64,000 nucleotides of DNA, taken from Verrucomicrobiia bacterium (GTDB lineage Bacteria > Verrucomicrobiota > Verrucomicrobiia > Limisphaerales > UBA1319). Of the stretch, positions 27,915 to 37,154 are shown piece after piece. Below the pieces are notes generated by a model. That model did no database searches and was not told the DNA's origin. It saw only the letters and a program-made list of their open reading frames with translations. A program made the position numbers and the translations under genes. Every line of letters begins with the position of its first letter. Position 1 is the first letter of the stretch. The DNA is taken from assembly GCA_963664225.1 (NCBI GenBank), contig OY760937.1, positions 2,784,001-2,848,000 on the forward strand, in the 5' to 3' direction.

Positions 27915-30173
27915 ATGAGCGAGGAACATAAATATCCTTACCACGGATGCTGCGATCGCAATTACGATTCTTCAAAGCGCGACGAAATGCCGCGCGAAAC
28001 GATTTTTAATCCTGGCTTTCAAGCACGCGCGCAAACCACTCTTCGCGTCGCCGGAATGGATTGCCCTGATGAAATTGCCGCGATTGAAAGGGTGCTTAAG
28101 CCACTCGGAGGCGTCGGTGAGATCAAGGTGAACCTCATGGCGGGGACGGTGATGATTAGTCATGAAAAGGCGGTCACGCCGGAACAACTGATTAAAGCGA
28201 TTGGAACGACAGGATTGAAGGCTTCGCCAATGGCGGATGCTCACGGAACGGAGGATGAACACGGTAACGATTCTACCAGCGTCCGTCTTGTTTCCGTAAT
28301 CGTCTCCGGCATCTTCACCGGAGTTTCACTCCTCTTTCAGTGGCAGATGTTTTTCCTATCTTTCGGAAAAGTTGCCGCCGCCATGATCGCCATGATCGCC
28401 AGCGGCTGGCTGATTCTTCCAAAGGCGATTCGCGCCCTGCGCCATTTCTCCCTCGATATGAACGTGCTGATGAGTGTCGCGGTGATTGGCGCAGCTGCCA
28501 TCGGCGAATGGACGGAAGCAGCAGCCGTGGTATTTCTGTTCGCTTTGTCTGAACTGCTCGAAGGATTCAGCGTGGGTCGGGCTCGCCGCGCAATTCAATC
28601 GTTGCTTGAACTAACGCCCGACACCGCGCTGGTAAAACGCGGTGACCAGATTCAGGAAGTGCGCATTGAAGAAGTCAAAGTGGATGAAACCGTCGTCATT
28701 AAATCGGGAGCGCGCGTGCCGCTGGATGGCGTTGTCCTTTCCGGCGAATCAGCGATCAACCAAGCACCAATCACTGGAGAATCCATGCCCGCTGAAAAGA
28801 AACCAGGCGATACCGTGTTCGCGGGCACAATCAACGGCGAAGGCTCGCTTGAAGTTAAAATCACGAAGGCTCACACCGACACCACGCTGGCAAAGATTAT
28901 CAAGCTCGTCGGGGATGCGCAGAGCCAGAAAGCTCCCTCTCAACGGTTTGTTGACCGGTTCGCGAAGATTTATACCCCGGCGGTTTTCGTGATGGCCATT
29001 CTAGTTCTTTTATCTGGCCCATTGCTCTTTCACGGCGCATGGCTTGCCTGGACCTATCGCGCCTTGGTTTTGCTCGTCATCGCTTGTCCATGTGCACTGG
29101 TTATTTCCACGCCCGTCTCGATTGTTTCTGGACTGACGGCGATGGCGCGACGGGGCGTTCTGATTAAAGGCGGGGTATTCCTTGAGGAGATTGGAAAACT
29201 GAAAGCTCTCGCTGTGGACAAGACCGGCACGATCACCGAAGGCAAACCTCGTGTCCAACAAGTGATTTCGTGGAATGGAAAATCCGAGGAAGATATTCTG
29301 CGTGTCGCTGCCGCAATTGATACGCACTCCGAACATCCGCTGGCACAAGCCGTCGTGAAGTATGCGGAGGAAAAGAAGATCCAGTTCCCGCGCAGTGAAA
29401 GCTATCGATCCAAAACCGGCCTGGGCGCGGAGGCGCAAATTGATGGTCATACATACTTCGTCGGCAATCACCGCTTCGCACACGAGTCCGCCGTCTGTTC
29501 CGATGCGTTGGAGAAGAAACTTGGTGAAATTGAAGCGCAAGCAATGTCGGTTATCGTCGTGGGCCACAAACCACACGAAAGCTGCCAAGGGGAAGTGTTC
29601 GGGATTCTCGCGGTTGGCGACACGATTCGTCCTAATGCCTTCGAAGCCATCAAATCGCTACACGCGGCTGGAGTTGAAAAAGTTGTCATGCTCAGTGGGG
29701 ACAATCAACGAACGGTGGATGCAATTTCCAGGCAGGTCGGCATTGATGAGGCAATAGGCGATCTGCTGCCTGACCGGAAAATCGAGCGCGTTCGCGAACT
29801 GCTCGCGCAACATAAACACGTCGGCATGATTGGCGATGGCGTGAATGACGCGCCCGCGATGGCCGCAGCGAGCATTGGCATCGCAATGGGCGGTGCGGGA
29901 ACAGACACGGCGATTGAAACGGCGGATGTCGCCTTGATGCAGGATGACTTGAGCAAGGTTGCTGAAGCAATTGCTTTGGGCCGTCGCACCGTCCGAATCA
30001 TACAGACGAACATCGCCTTCGCGCTTGGAGTCAAGGCAATCTTTCTCGTCCTGGCGTTGCTCGGTCACACGAGTCTTTGGCTGGCGATTCTCGCCGACAC
30101 TGGCGCGACTCTGGTTGTTATCGCGAACGCGCTGCGGCTGCTTGGAACCCCCAGGAATATTTTGAAAAAGTGA
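27915..30173 (+). CDS. P1B-2 type (Zn/Cd/Pb) heavy-metal P-type ATPase
   Basis: HMA domain GMDCPDE, TGES, ACPCAL, DKTGT, SEHP, GDGVNDAP, TM Lys and ADTG. Confidence 0.9.
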   Translation: MSEEHKYPYHGCCDRNYDSSKRDEMPRETIFNPGFQARAQTTLRVAGMDCPDEIAAIERVLKPLGGVGEIKVNLMAGTVMISHEKAVTPEQLIKAIGTTGLKASPMADAHGTEDEHGNDSTSVRLVSVIVSGIFTGVSLLFQWQMFFLSFGKVAAAMIAMIASGWLILPKAIRALRHFSLDMNVLMSVAVIGAAAIGEWTEAAAVVFLFALSELLEGFSVGRARRAIQSLLELTPDTALVKRGDQIQEVRIEEVKVDETVVIKSGARVPLDGVVLSGESAINQAPITGESMPAEKKPGDTVFAGTINGEGSLEVKITKAHTDTTLAKIIKLVGDAQSQKAPSQRFVDRFAKIYTPAVFVMAILVLLSGPLLFHGAWLAWTYRALVLLVIACPCALVISTPVSIVSGLTAMARRGVLIKGGVFLEEIGKLKALAVDKTGTITEGKPRVQQVISWNGKSEEDILRVAAAIDTHSEHPLAQAVVKYAEEKKIQFPRSESYRSKTGLGAEAQIDGHTYFVGNHRFAHESAVCSDALEKKLGEIEAQAMSVIVVGHKPHESCQGEVFGILAVGDTIRPNAFEAIKSLHAAGVEKVVMLSGDNQRTVDAISRQVGIDEAIGDLLPDRKIERVRELLAQHKHVGMIGDGVNDAPAMAAASIGIAMGGAGTDTAIETADVALMQDDLSKVAEAIALGRRTVRIIQTNIAFALGVKAIFLVLALLGHTSLWLAILADTGATLVVIANALRLLGTPRNILKK

Positions 30174-30176
30174 ATT

Positions 30177-33100
30177 ATGATTAACCCCATCCTCAATTTC
30201 TCCGTCCGTCAGCGTCTGCTGGTGATTCTCGCCACGGCCATACTTGCTGGATTCGGCTGGCTGGCCCTCAAGCAAATCCCGATTGACGCCTTTCCCGACG
30301 TGACCAACGTGCAGGTGCAGGTGCTCGCCACGGCAGGCGGCATGTCACCGCCCGACATGGAAAAGCTGGTCACTCGCCCCATCGAAATCGAACTCGCCGG
30401 ATTGCCCAAGCTCACGGAAGTGCGTTCGGTATCCAAAATCGGGTTGTGCGTCATCACCGTGGTTTTCGAGGATGATGTGGACAACTACTTCGCCCGCCAA
30501 CTTGTGTTCGAGCGGATATCGGGGGCGCGGGGCAAACTGCCGGCGGGCGTTGAAGTGCAACTCGGCCCGATCAGCACCGGTCTGGGCGAGATTTACCAAT
30601 ACACCCTTGTCAGCAAGGACAAGAAATATGACGCCACCGAATTGCGCACCATCCAGCAATACATCGTGCGGCCCATTCTGCGCACCGTCCCCGGCGTCAC
30701 GGATGTGAATTCCTTTGGCGGACTCGTTAAGCAATACCAGGTGCTGATCAAACCCGACCGGCTCACTTCCTACGGCATCACATTGCAGCAGGTCTTTGAG
30801 GCGCTGGAAAAGAACAACGCCAACGCAAGCGGCAATTTCATTGAACACGGCTCCGAACAATACGTCGTGCGCGGGCTGGGCCTGGTCAAGGACACGAAGG
30901 ACATCGAGAACATCATCGTCGCCACGCACGAGCACGCGCCCGTCTATGTACGCGACGTGGCGGACGTGGTGATCGGCGCGGAACTGCGGCAGGGCGCGGT
31001 CACGGTCAACGGCGAAGGCGAAGCGGTGGCAGGCATCGTCCTTATGCTCAAAGGGGCGAGCGGTCGCGACGTCGTCAATGGGGTGAAGGAAAAACTCCCC
31101 GCGATCCAGAAGGCGCTGCCCAAGGGCGTCGAACTTGTGCCGTATTACGACCGCACGGACTTGGTAAAGAAGGCCATTCACACGGTCACAAAGGCGCTGC
31201 AAGAAGGCGCGATTTTCGTCTTCATCATCCTCATCATATTGCTGGCGGACATTCGCAGCGCCATCATCGTGACGTTGGTGTTGCCGCTGGCGGCGCTTTT
31301 CGCGTTCATCATGATGAAATGGTATGGCTTGAGCGCGAATCTCATGTCGCTCGGCGGTCTGGCCATCGGCATAGGCATGATGGTGGACGGCGCGGTGGTG
31401 ATGGTGGAGAACATCCACCGTCACCTGACGGAGAAGCCCGAGGAACACAAAAAGCACGAGCACGCGGGCAAAACCGAGATCGTGCTTTACGCCGCCAAAG
31501 AAGTGGGCCGTCCGATTGTGTTCGGCATCTTCATCATCATCGTGGTGTTCCTGCCACTGTTCACTTTACAAGGGTTCGAAGGAAAAATGTTCAGCCCGCT
31601 CGCTTTCACTATTTCGTTTGGATTGCTTGGTTCGCTGATTCTCTCTCTCACATTCGTGCCGATGCTCTGCACCTACTTTTTGAAGCAAGTGCCGCATGAG
31701 CACGACCCGTTTCACATCCGCTGGCTGAAACACACTTACCTCGTGCTGCTGAAACCCTGCGTGCGCCGCCCGTGGCTCGTGGTTCTTCCGGCGGTGCTGG
31801 CGCTGGCGGGTGCGCTGGCGCTCGTGCCCCGCATCGGCACGGAATTCTTGCCGACCTTGGATGAAGGCGCGGTGTCCATCAAACTCCAGCGCCTGCCCAG
31901 CATCTCGCTGCCGCAATCCCTTGAGCTTTGTGGTCGGGTGGAAAGAATCGTCAAACAACTCCCCGAAGTCATTGACGTGGTTTCCCGGACGGGCCGCGCC
32001 GACATTGCCTCCGATCCCGAAGGCGTCAATTCCAGCGACATCACCGTCACACTCAAGCCGCGCGAGCAATGGACCTCGGCCAAGACCAAGGAGGAACTCG
32101 TGGACAAGATGCGCGAGGCCGTCGCGGAAATCCCCGGCGTGGCCGCCAGTTTCACCCAGCCGATTGCCCTGCGCGTGGACGAACTGGTCAGCGGCGTGAA
32201 GTCCGCCATTGGCATCAAGATTTTCGGCGATGACCTCGACGTTCTCAAAACCAAGGCCGAAGCGGTGGCCCGCGTCCTCGGCAAGGTGCGCGGCGCGGCG
32301 GACATCAACGTGGAAAAAGTCAGTGGCCTCGCCTACCTGCAAATCGAAATTGACCGTGGCAAGATCGCGCGCTACGGCATCAACGTCGCCGATATTCAGC
32401 AAGTTGTGGAGACGGCCATCGGCGGCAAGGAGGCCACGCGGGTCTTTGAAGGGCAGAAGGTCTTTGGACTCGCCGTTCGCTTCCCGGAGTCGGCGCGGAG
32501 CGATGTTTCCCCTATCCGCCAGATCCTCATCGCCACGCCACAAGGCGCGCTCATTCCGCTCGGGCAACTGGCGAAAGTTTACGTCACGGAAGGTCCGGCG
32601 CAAATCAGCCGTGAAATGGCACAACGCCGCATCGTCGTCGAGTGCAACGTGACCGACCGCGACATCGGCGGCTTCGTGAAGGAGGCGCAGGCGAAAATTG
32701 ATGCCGCTGTGAAACTGCCGCCCGGCTATTTGATGACGTGGGGCGGACAATTCGAGAACCAACAGCGGGCGATGAAACGATTCAGCATCGTTGTGCCGAT
32801 CACCATTGCGGCGATTTTCCTCCTCCTGTTCGGTTCGTTCAACTCGGTGAAGCAGGCGTTGCTCATCATTCTGAACATCCCGTTCGCGCTGATTGGCGGC
32901 ATCCTCGCGCTCGTCATCGGTCACTTCAACATCAGCGTGAGCGCCAGCGTGGGCTTCATCGCGCTCTTTGGCGTGGCTGTGCTCAACGGTATCGTGATGG
33001 TCAGCTATTTCAATGAACTGCGTCGCGAAGGGATGAACGTCGAACTGGCCGTCGTCAAGGGCGCGATTCTCCGGCTGCGCCCGGTGCTCATCACCGCCAG

Positions 33101-33314
33101 CGTCGCGGCGCTCGGCCTTGTGCCGATGCTCTTCGCCACCGGGCCGGGGAGTGAGATTCAGAAACCGCTCGCCGCCGTCGTCATCGGCGGACTCATCAGT
33201 TCAACGCTCCTGACGTTGTTCCTGCTCCCGACGCTCTACAAAGTGTTTGAGCGTGAACTAGTAAAAGTTACGACGGTGCACTTGGCTGAACCGCCGTCAA
33301 CAAAGGAGATCTGA
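30177..33314 (+). CDS. CzcA/CusA-family heavy-metal RND transporter (operon 1)
   Basis: PIDAFPDVTNVQVQV, GPISTGLGEIYQY, DGAVVMVEN, RLRPVLIT. Confidence 0.95.
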   Translation: MINPILNFSVRQRLLVILATAILAGFGWLALKQIPIDAFPDVTNVQVQVLATAGGMSPPDMEKLVTRPIEIELAGLPKLTEVRSVSKIGLCVITVVFEDDVDNYFARQLVFERISGARGKLPAGVEVQLGPISTGLGEIYQYTLVSKDKKYDATELRTIQQYIVRPILRTVPGVTDVNSFGGLVKQYQVLIKPDRLTSYGITLQQVFEALEKNNANASGNFIEHGSEQYVVRGLGLVKDTKDIENIIVATHEHAPVYVRDVADVVIGAELRQGAVTVNGEGEAVAGIVLMLKGASGRDVVNGVKEKLPAIQKALPKGVELVPYYDRTDLVKKAIHTVTKALQEGAIFVFIILIILLADIRSAIIVTLVLPLAALFAFIMMKWYGLSANLMSLGGLAIGIGMMVDGAVVMVENIHRHLTEKPEEHKKHEHAGKTEIVLYAAKEVGRPIVFGIFIIIVVFLPLFTLQGFEGKMFSPLAFTISFGLLGSLILSLTFVPMLCTYFLKQVPHEHDPFHIRWLKHTYLVLLKPCVRRPWLVVLPAVLALAGALALVPRIGTEFLPTLDEGAVSIKLQRLPSISLPQSLELCGRVERIVKQLPEVIDVVSRTGRADIASDPEGVNSSDITVTLKPREQWTSAKTKEELVDKMREAVAEIPGVAASFTQPIALRVDELVSGVKSAIGIKIFGDDLDVLKTKAEAVARVLGKVRGAADINVEKVSGLAYLQIEIDRGKIARYGINVADIQQVVETAIGGKEATRVFEGQKVFGLAVRFPESARSDVSPIRQILIATPQGALIPLGQLAKVYVTEGPAQISREMAQRRIVVECNVTDRDIGGFVKEAQAKIDAAVKLPPGYLMTWGGQFENQQRAMKRFSIVVPITIAAIFLLLFGSFNSVKQALLIILNIPFALIGGILALVIGHFNISVSASVGFIALFGVAVLNGIVMVSYFNELRREGMNVELAVVKGAILRLRPVLITASVAALGLVPMLFATGPGSEIQKPLAAVVIGGLISSTLLTLFLLPTLYKVFERELVKVTTVHLAEPPSTKEI

Positions 33315-33317
33315 AAC

Positions 33318-33641
33318 TTGAAATCTCGATTCAAAACCATCGGAACTTTCTTTGCGCAGCTTCTGACGAGAGCACTTTTGAACCCCTCGAGCGCAGAGGC
33401 GCACTCGCCGCAAGAGCGGGAAATGCGTGGAATCATTCAAGGAATTGATCTGCAAACACGCACATTGACGGCTCAATCGCCAAACCACAGTCAACCAGCC
33501 GCACTCGCTTTCAAATGCGACACAAAATTCATCAAGGATTGGAGGTTCTCCGACTCTGCCGGCCCTGAGGAAAGGATTACGAGTCTGAGCTATTGTCGCG
33601 CAATCTTTGCCGGAAAGCCGTTCGTGACCAAAGTGGTTTAG
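33318..33641 (+). pseudogene. degraded hypothetical gene, paralogue of 48259-48575
   Basis: Shares KPFVTKVV end with the 48.5-kb copy, where this TAG is TGG. Confidence 0.45.
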
Positions 33642-33831
33642 GTAGATCGCAACTCAACGTGTAAAAACCATGAGCCGTTGGAAGTCACCGCAAGTTGCCG
33701 CCTTGCGCGCAGAACGCGCTGCTAAGGAGGCAGAGCAGGCTCGCAAAATGAAGCGTAAGAGCCGACTCATGATCATTGGCGTTGCGATCCTTTCGATTGG
33801 CCTGGTTGTGACAGATTACTTCTGGCTGAAA
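33614..33831 (+). repeat. ~220-bp direct repeat, copy 1 (copy 2 at 48524-48742)
   Basis: Near-identical AAAGCCGTTCGTGACCAAAGTGG...GATTACTTCTGGCTGAAA. Confidence 0.9.
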
Positions 33832-33972
33832 GCGCGGGCACAAAAGCGGCGCGAGGAGCACATGCGAACTCGTCACCGGCCCGCGCAAACCAACGACGCC
33901 GTTCGTGTCCCGATTACTGGCAACACCAATCTCAACCAAAAACCATGGGTGAAACCTCAAGAAAAAGATTGA
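33670..33972 (+). CDS. small single-TM hypothetical protein (paralogue of 48581)
   Basis: MSRWKSPQVAALRAER..., one TM flanked by basic residues. Confidence 0.65.
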   Translation: MSRWKSPQVAALRAERAAKEAEQARKMKRKSRLMIIGVAILSIGLVVTDYFWLKARAQKRREEHMRTRHRPAQTNDAVRVPITGNTNLNQKPWVKPQEKD

Positions 33973-34006
33973 ACATATCTTGTCTTTCCAGTATCTATTT
34001 TCTGAA

Positions 34007-34402
34007 ATGCGTCGTCGTTGCTTGAACATCGTGATAATCGGCTTGATGGCCTTCCTCTGGGTGGCTCAGGCGGCGCATTGCCAGATTGGGACGATTCCGG
34101 GACTTGATCTTCTTGCGTGCGCCAGCGGCGGGAATGCCGAAAATGAAGCTCATTCCTGCTGCGGAGGTACGTGTAAGAACATCGAATCCCGCGAGCAGAA
34201 AGCAGAGAAAATGAAACGCCCCGCCGCTCCCCGGCCTGAATCTCTGCCTTGGTTGGCAACTGCCTTGGCTGCTCTCCGTTTGTCAGAGTCCGACAATGAT
34301 CGCAGTATTTCATTCGCGGACGTTCCGCCGGAACTTCCCAAGTGCTGGCAGTTCTCCCATCGCACAGCCCTTCCTCCCCGTGCGCCTTCGATTGCTTCCT
34401 AA
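34007..34402 (+). CDS. Cys-rich exported leader protein with C-terminal RAP motif (leader 2)
   Basis: Hydrophobic N-terminus, HC, HSCCGGTC, ends WQFSHRTALPPRAPSIAS; TTGAAC-N17-TATCTA at 33969-33997. Confidence 0.8.
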   Translation: MRRRCLNIVIIGLMAFLWVAQAAHCQIGTIPGLDLLACASGGNAENEAHSCCGGTCKNIESREQKAEKMKRPAAPRPESLPWLATALAALRLSESDNDRSISFADVPPELPKCWQFSHRTALPPRAPSIAS

Positions 34403-34519
34403 GTAGTCCCGGTCGGGACTCCCTCTCCGTCGTGGTGTAAAACGCACCGCGCATCTCCGTTTGCCATTTATCAGGTCGTTTTGAGTCCGCACTCGGTTGT
34501 CCGTTTTTAGTTTGAAATT

Positions 34520-35842
34520 ATGAAGAAAAGAATTGATGCAATTGCCCTTCGTTCCGTCGCGTGGTCGCTGGCATTCACCGGCGGCTGCCTCTTGGGATTC
34601 GCTGCCCAAGCGGCTGATTCGCCTGCGCCACCACCGTCGGTGAGTTCAGCGACCAATGTTCTGACGCTGGACGGGGCGGTCCGCCTCGCGCTGGAGAACA
34701 ACCCTGAACTGCGCGCTTCGGGGGCGCGGGTGGACGCGGCTTCCGGGCGGGCCTACCAAGCCAGGAAGTGGACCAACCCGGAATTGGAGTTGAGCGCCGA
34801 AGACTGGCCGGTGAGCAACGGGCGTGGGTTTTCGGACGCCAAACAGACGATCGGCGTGGCCCAATCGCTGCCGTATCCAGGGAAGAAGTCACTGGACAAG
34901 CAGATTGGGGGCGCGGGAGTGAAGCTCTCGGAAGCGGAACTGGCGCTGCGCCGGACGGAAGTCGTCCGGGACGTAAAGGCGGGATTTTTCCGCGTGCTGG
35001 CGTCCGAGCGGTTGGTCGAGGTATCCACGCAACTGGTGGCAGTGGCGGAATCTTCCGCCGGCACGGCGCGGAAGCGGGTGGACGCCGGGGCGACCGCGTA
35101 TCAGGAGCAGTTGCGGGCGGAAGTGCAGTTGGAACAGGCGCGGACGGAGCTGACGGGCTTTCAGCGGGAGCTGGCCAGCGCACGGCAGATGTTCGTGACC
35201 CTCCTGGGGCGGCCCGACTTGAAGAATGCCAGTCTTTCCGGGTCACTGGCGGAAGGGCCGGAGGCGAACCTGCTGGAGGAGGTGGGAGCGGAGCGACTGG
35301 CCAAGCATCCGAGCACGGTTGCCGCGCAAGCCAACCTGGACCGGGCGCAACTGGCCTATCGGCGGGCGCGGCTGGAGCCGTATCCCGACGTGAAGATGGG
35401 CGTATCGGGCGGACGCATCGGGGCCTCGGACCAGTCCATCATCCAACTGGGCTTCTCGGTGCCACTGCCCCTCATCGACCGTGGCAAGGGGAAACAGCAG
35501 GAAGCGCGGGCGAACGTGAACGTGGCGGAAGCGGAACTGCACGGCGTGCAGCAGCAGTTGCAGCGCGAGTGGGCCAACGCACACAAACGCTACCGCACCG
35601 CCGCCGAACAGGTGTCCAATTACCGCGAGCGGATTCTGCCGAAAGCGGGCGAGGCGCTGCGGTTGGTCCAGACCGGATTTGAACAAGGCAAGTTCAACTT
35701 CATTGATCTGGTGGACACGCAACGCACCACGGCAGAAGCACGGCTCGCCTATCAACAAAAACTGCTCGAACTGAACATCGCCCAAGCGGAACTGGCGGCG
35801 TTACTCCAACCACAAACCACCCAAACTTCAACCATCAAGTAA
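34520..35842 (+). CDS. TolC/CzcC-family outer membrane efflux protein (operon 2)
   Basis: Signal peptide, ALENNPELR, GFSVPLPLIDRGKG. Confidence 0.9.
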   Translation: MKKRIDAIALRSVAWSLAFTGGCLLGFAAQAADSPAPPPSVSSATNVLTLDGAVRLALENNPELRASGARVDAASGRAYQARKWTNPELELSAEDWPVSNGRGFSDAKQTIGVAQSLPYPGKKSLDKQIGGAGVKLSEAELALRRTEVVRDVKAGFFRVLASERLVEVSTQLVAVAESSAGTARKRVDAGATAYQEQLRAEVQLEQARTELTGFQRELASARQMFVTLLGRPDLKNASLSGSLAEGPEANLLEEVGAERLAKHPSTVAAQANLDRAQLAYRRARLEPYPDVKMGVSGGRIGASDQSIIQLGFSVPLPLIDRGKGKQQEARANVNVAEAELHGVQQQLQREWANAHKRYRTAAEQVSNYRERILPKAGEALRLVQTGFEQGKFNFIDLVDTQRTTAEARLAYQQKLLELNIAQAELAALLQPQTTQTSTIK

Positions 35843-35852
35843 GAATTCGACC

Positions 35853-37127
35853 ATGAAAAATCATTACACTCTGAAATTCGTTGCCCTGACGTCGGTCGCC
35901 GCATTGGCGCTGCTGACCGGATGTTCCAAACAAACCGAATCCGCAGGCGACAGCGCAGACGACGGTCACGGGCACGGTGAAGCCAAAGCCCATACCGAAA
36001 CCAAAGTTGGCGTGGTGATGTGCTCTGAGCACGGCGTGCCTGAAGCGGAGTGCGCCGTTTGCAAGCCACACCTCGCGGACAAGCTCGAACCAGGCGAGAG
36101 CATGAAAGTGCGACTGCCTTCGACGAACTCGACGGCCATCGTCGGCGTCCAGACGGCTACACCCGAGACCGGGGCAATTGCCGAAGGCATTCAATGCGTG
36201 GCTGAGGTCAGCTTCAACCAGAACAAGCTGGCCCAGATCGCCGCGCCCGTAAGCGGCATCGTTCAGACGGTGGACGTGGACCTGGGCACCAAGGTTGAGG
36301 AGAAGCAAGCCGTGGCGAAAATTTGGTCCGCCTCGATAGCGGAAGCGGTCGCCAAGGCGGTGCTGGCCCACCAGACCCTGGACCGTGAAAAGAAACTGCG
36401 CGCTGACCGCGTGACTTCGCAGGCCGGGCTGGAAGAAGCGGAAGCGTCCCACCGCTCAGCGTGTCAGCAACTCCGCACGCTGGGCTTCACCGAGGAGCAG
36501 ATTGACGAGATGGGGCAGAAACCCCAGGAGCAGGTGTTGATGGAGGTCCGCGCGCCGTTCGCGGGTGAAATCGCCGAACGGACGGCCGTGCGCGGGGCAT
36601 TGGTGGAGGCGGGCAAACCGCTTTTTACGCTGGTGGACCATTCGACCGTGTGGGCGATGCTCCAAGTGCCGGAAGCGACGCTGGCGCGGGTGAAAACCGG
36701 CCAGGCGGTGGAATTACGCGTGGATTCGCTGCCGGGGAAGGTGTTCGTGGGCAAGCTGACGTGGGTTGGCCCGGCGGTGGATGAACGCACGCGGATGGCC
36801 CGCGCCCGCGCCGAGTTCGCCAATCCGGACTGCGAGCTGAAGGACAAGATGTTTGCCACGGCGCGGATTCTGACGCGCCAGGCGGAAGGGGCGATGCTGG
36901 TGCCGCCGTCGGCCATCCAGCACATCGAGGGCAGGCCGTTCGTGTTTGTGAAATTGGGCGAGGATTTGTTCGACGCGCGGGCGGTGCGCCTCGGAGCGAA
37001 GTTCAACGGGCGACAGGAAATTCTGACCGGCGTGAATCCGCAGGACCTGATCGCGGTGAGCCATGCGTTCGCCATCAAGTCGGCGATGCTGATGTCAAGT
37101 CTGGGCGCGGGTTGCGCGGATGACTAG
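35853..37127 (+). CDS. RND periplasmic adaptor (CzcB-like) with His/Cys N-terminal metal-binding segment
   Basis: Lipobox LTGC, GHGHGE, CSEHGVPEAECAVC, VRAPFAGEI, ends GAGCADD. Confidence 0.9.
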   Translation: MKNHYTLKFVALTSVAALALLTGCSKQTESAGDSADDGHGHGEAKAHTETKVGVVMCSEHGVPEAECAVCKPHLADKLEPGESMKVRLPSTNSTAIVGVQTATPETGAIAEGIQCVAEVSFNQNKLAQIAAPVSGIVQTVDVDLGTKVEEKQAVAKIWSASIAEAVAKAVLAHQTLDREKKLRADRVTSQAGLEEAEASHRSACQQLRTLGFTEEQIDEMGQKPQEQVLMEVRAPFAGEIAERTAVRGALVEAGKPLFTLVDHSTVWAMLQVPEATLARVKTGQAVELRVDSLPGKVFVGKLTWVGPAVDERTRMARARAEFANPDCELKDKMFATARILTRQAEGAMLVPPSAIQHIEGRPFVFVKLGEDLFDARAVRLGAKFNGRQEILTGVNPQDLIAVSHAFAIKSAMLMSSLGAGCADD

Positions 37128-37154
37128 GCGCGACAACTCAACTTACCGATTTCC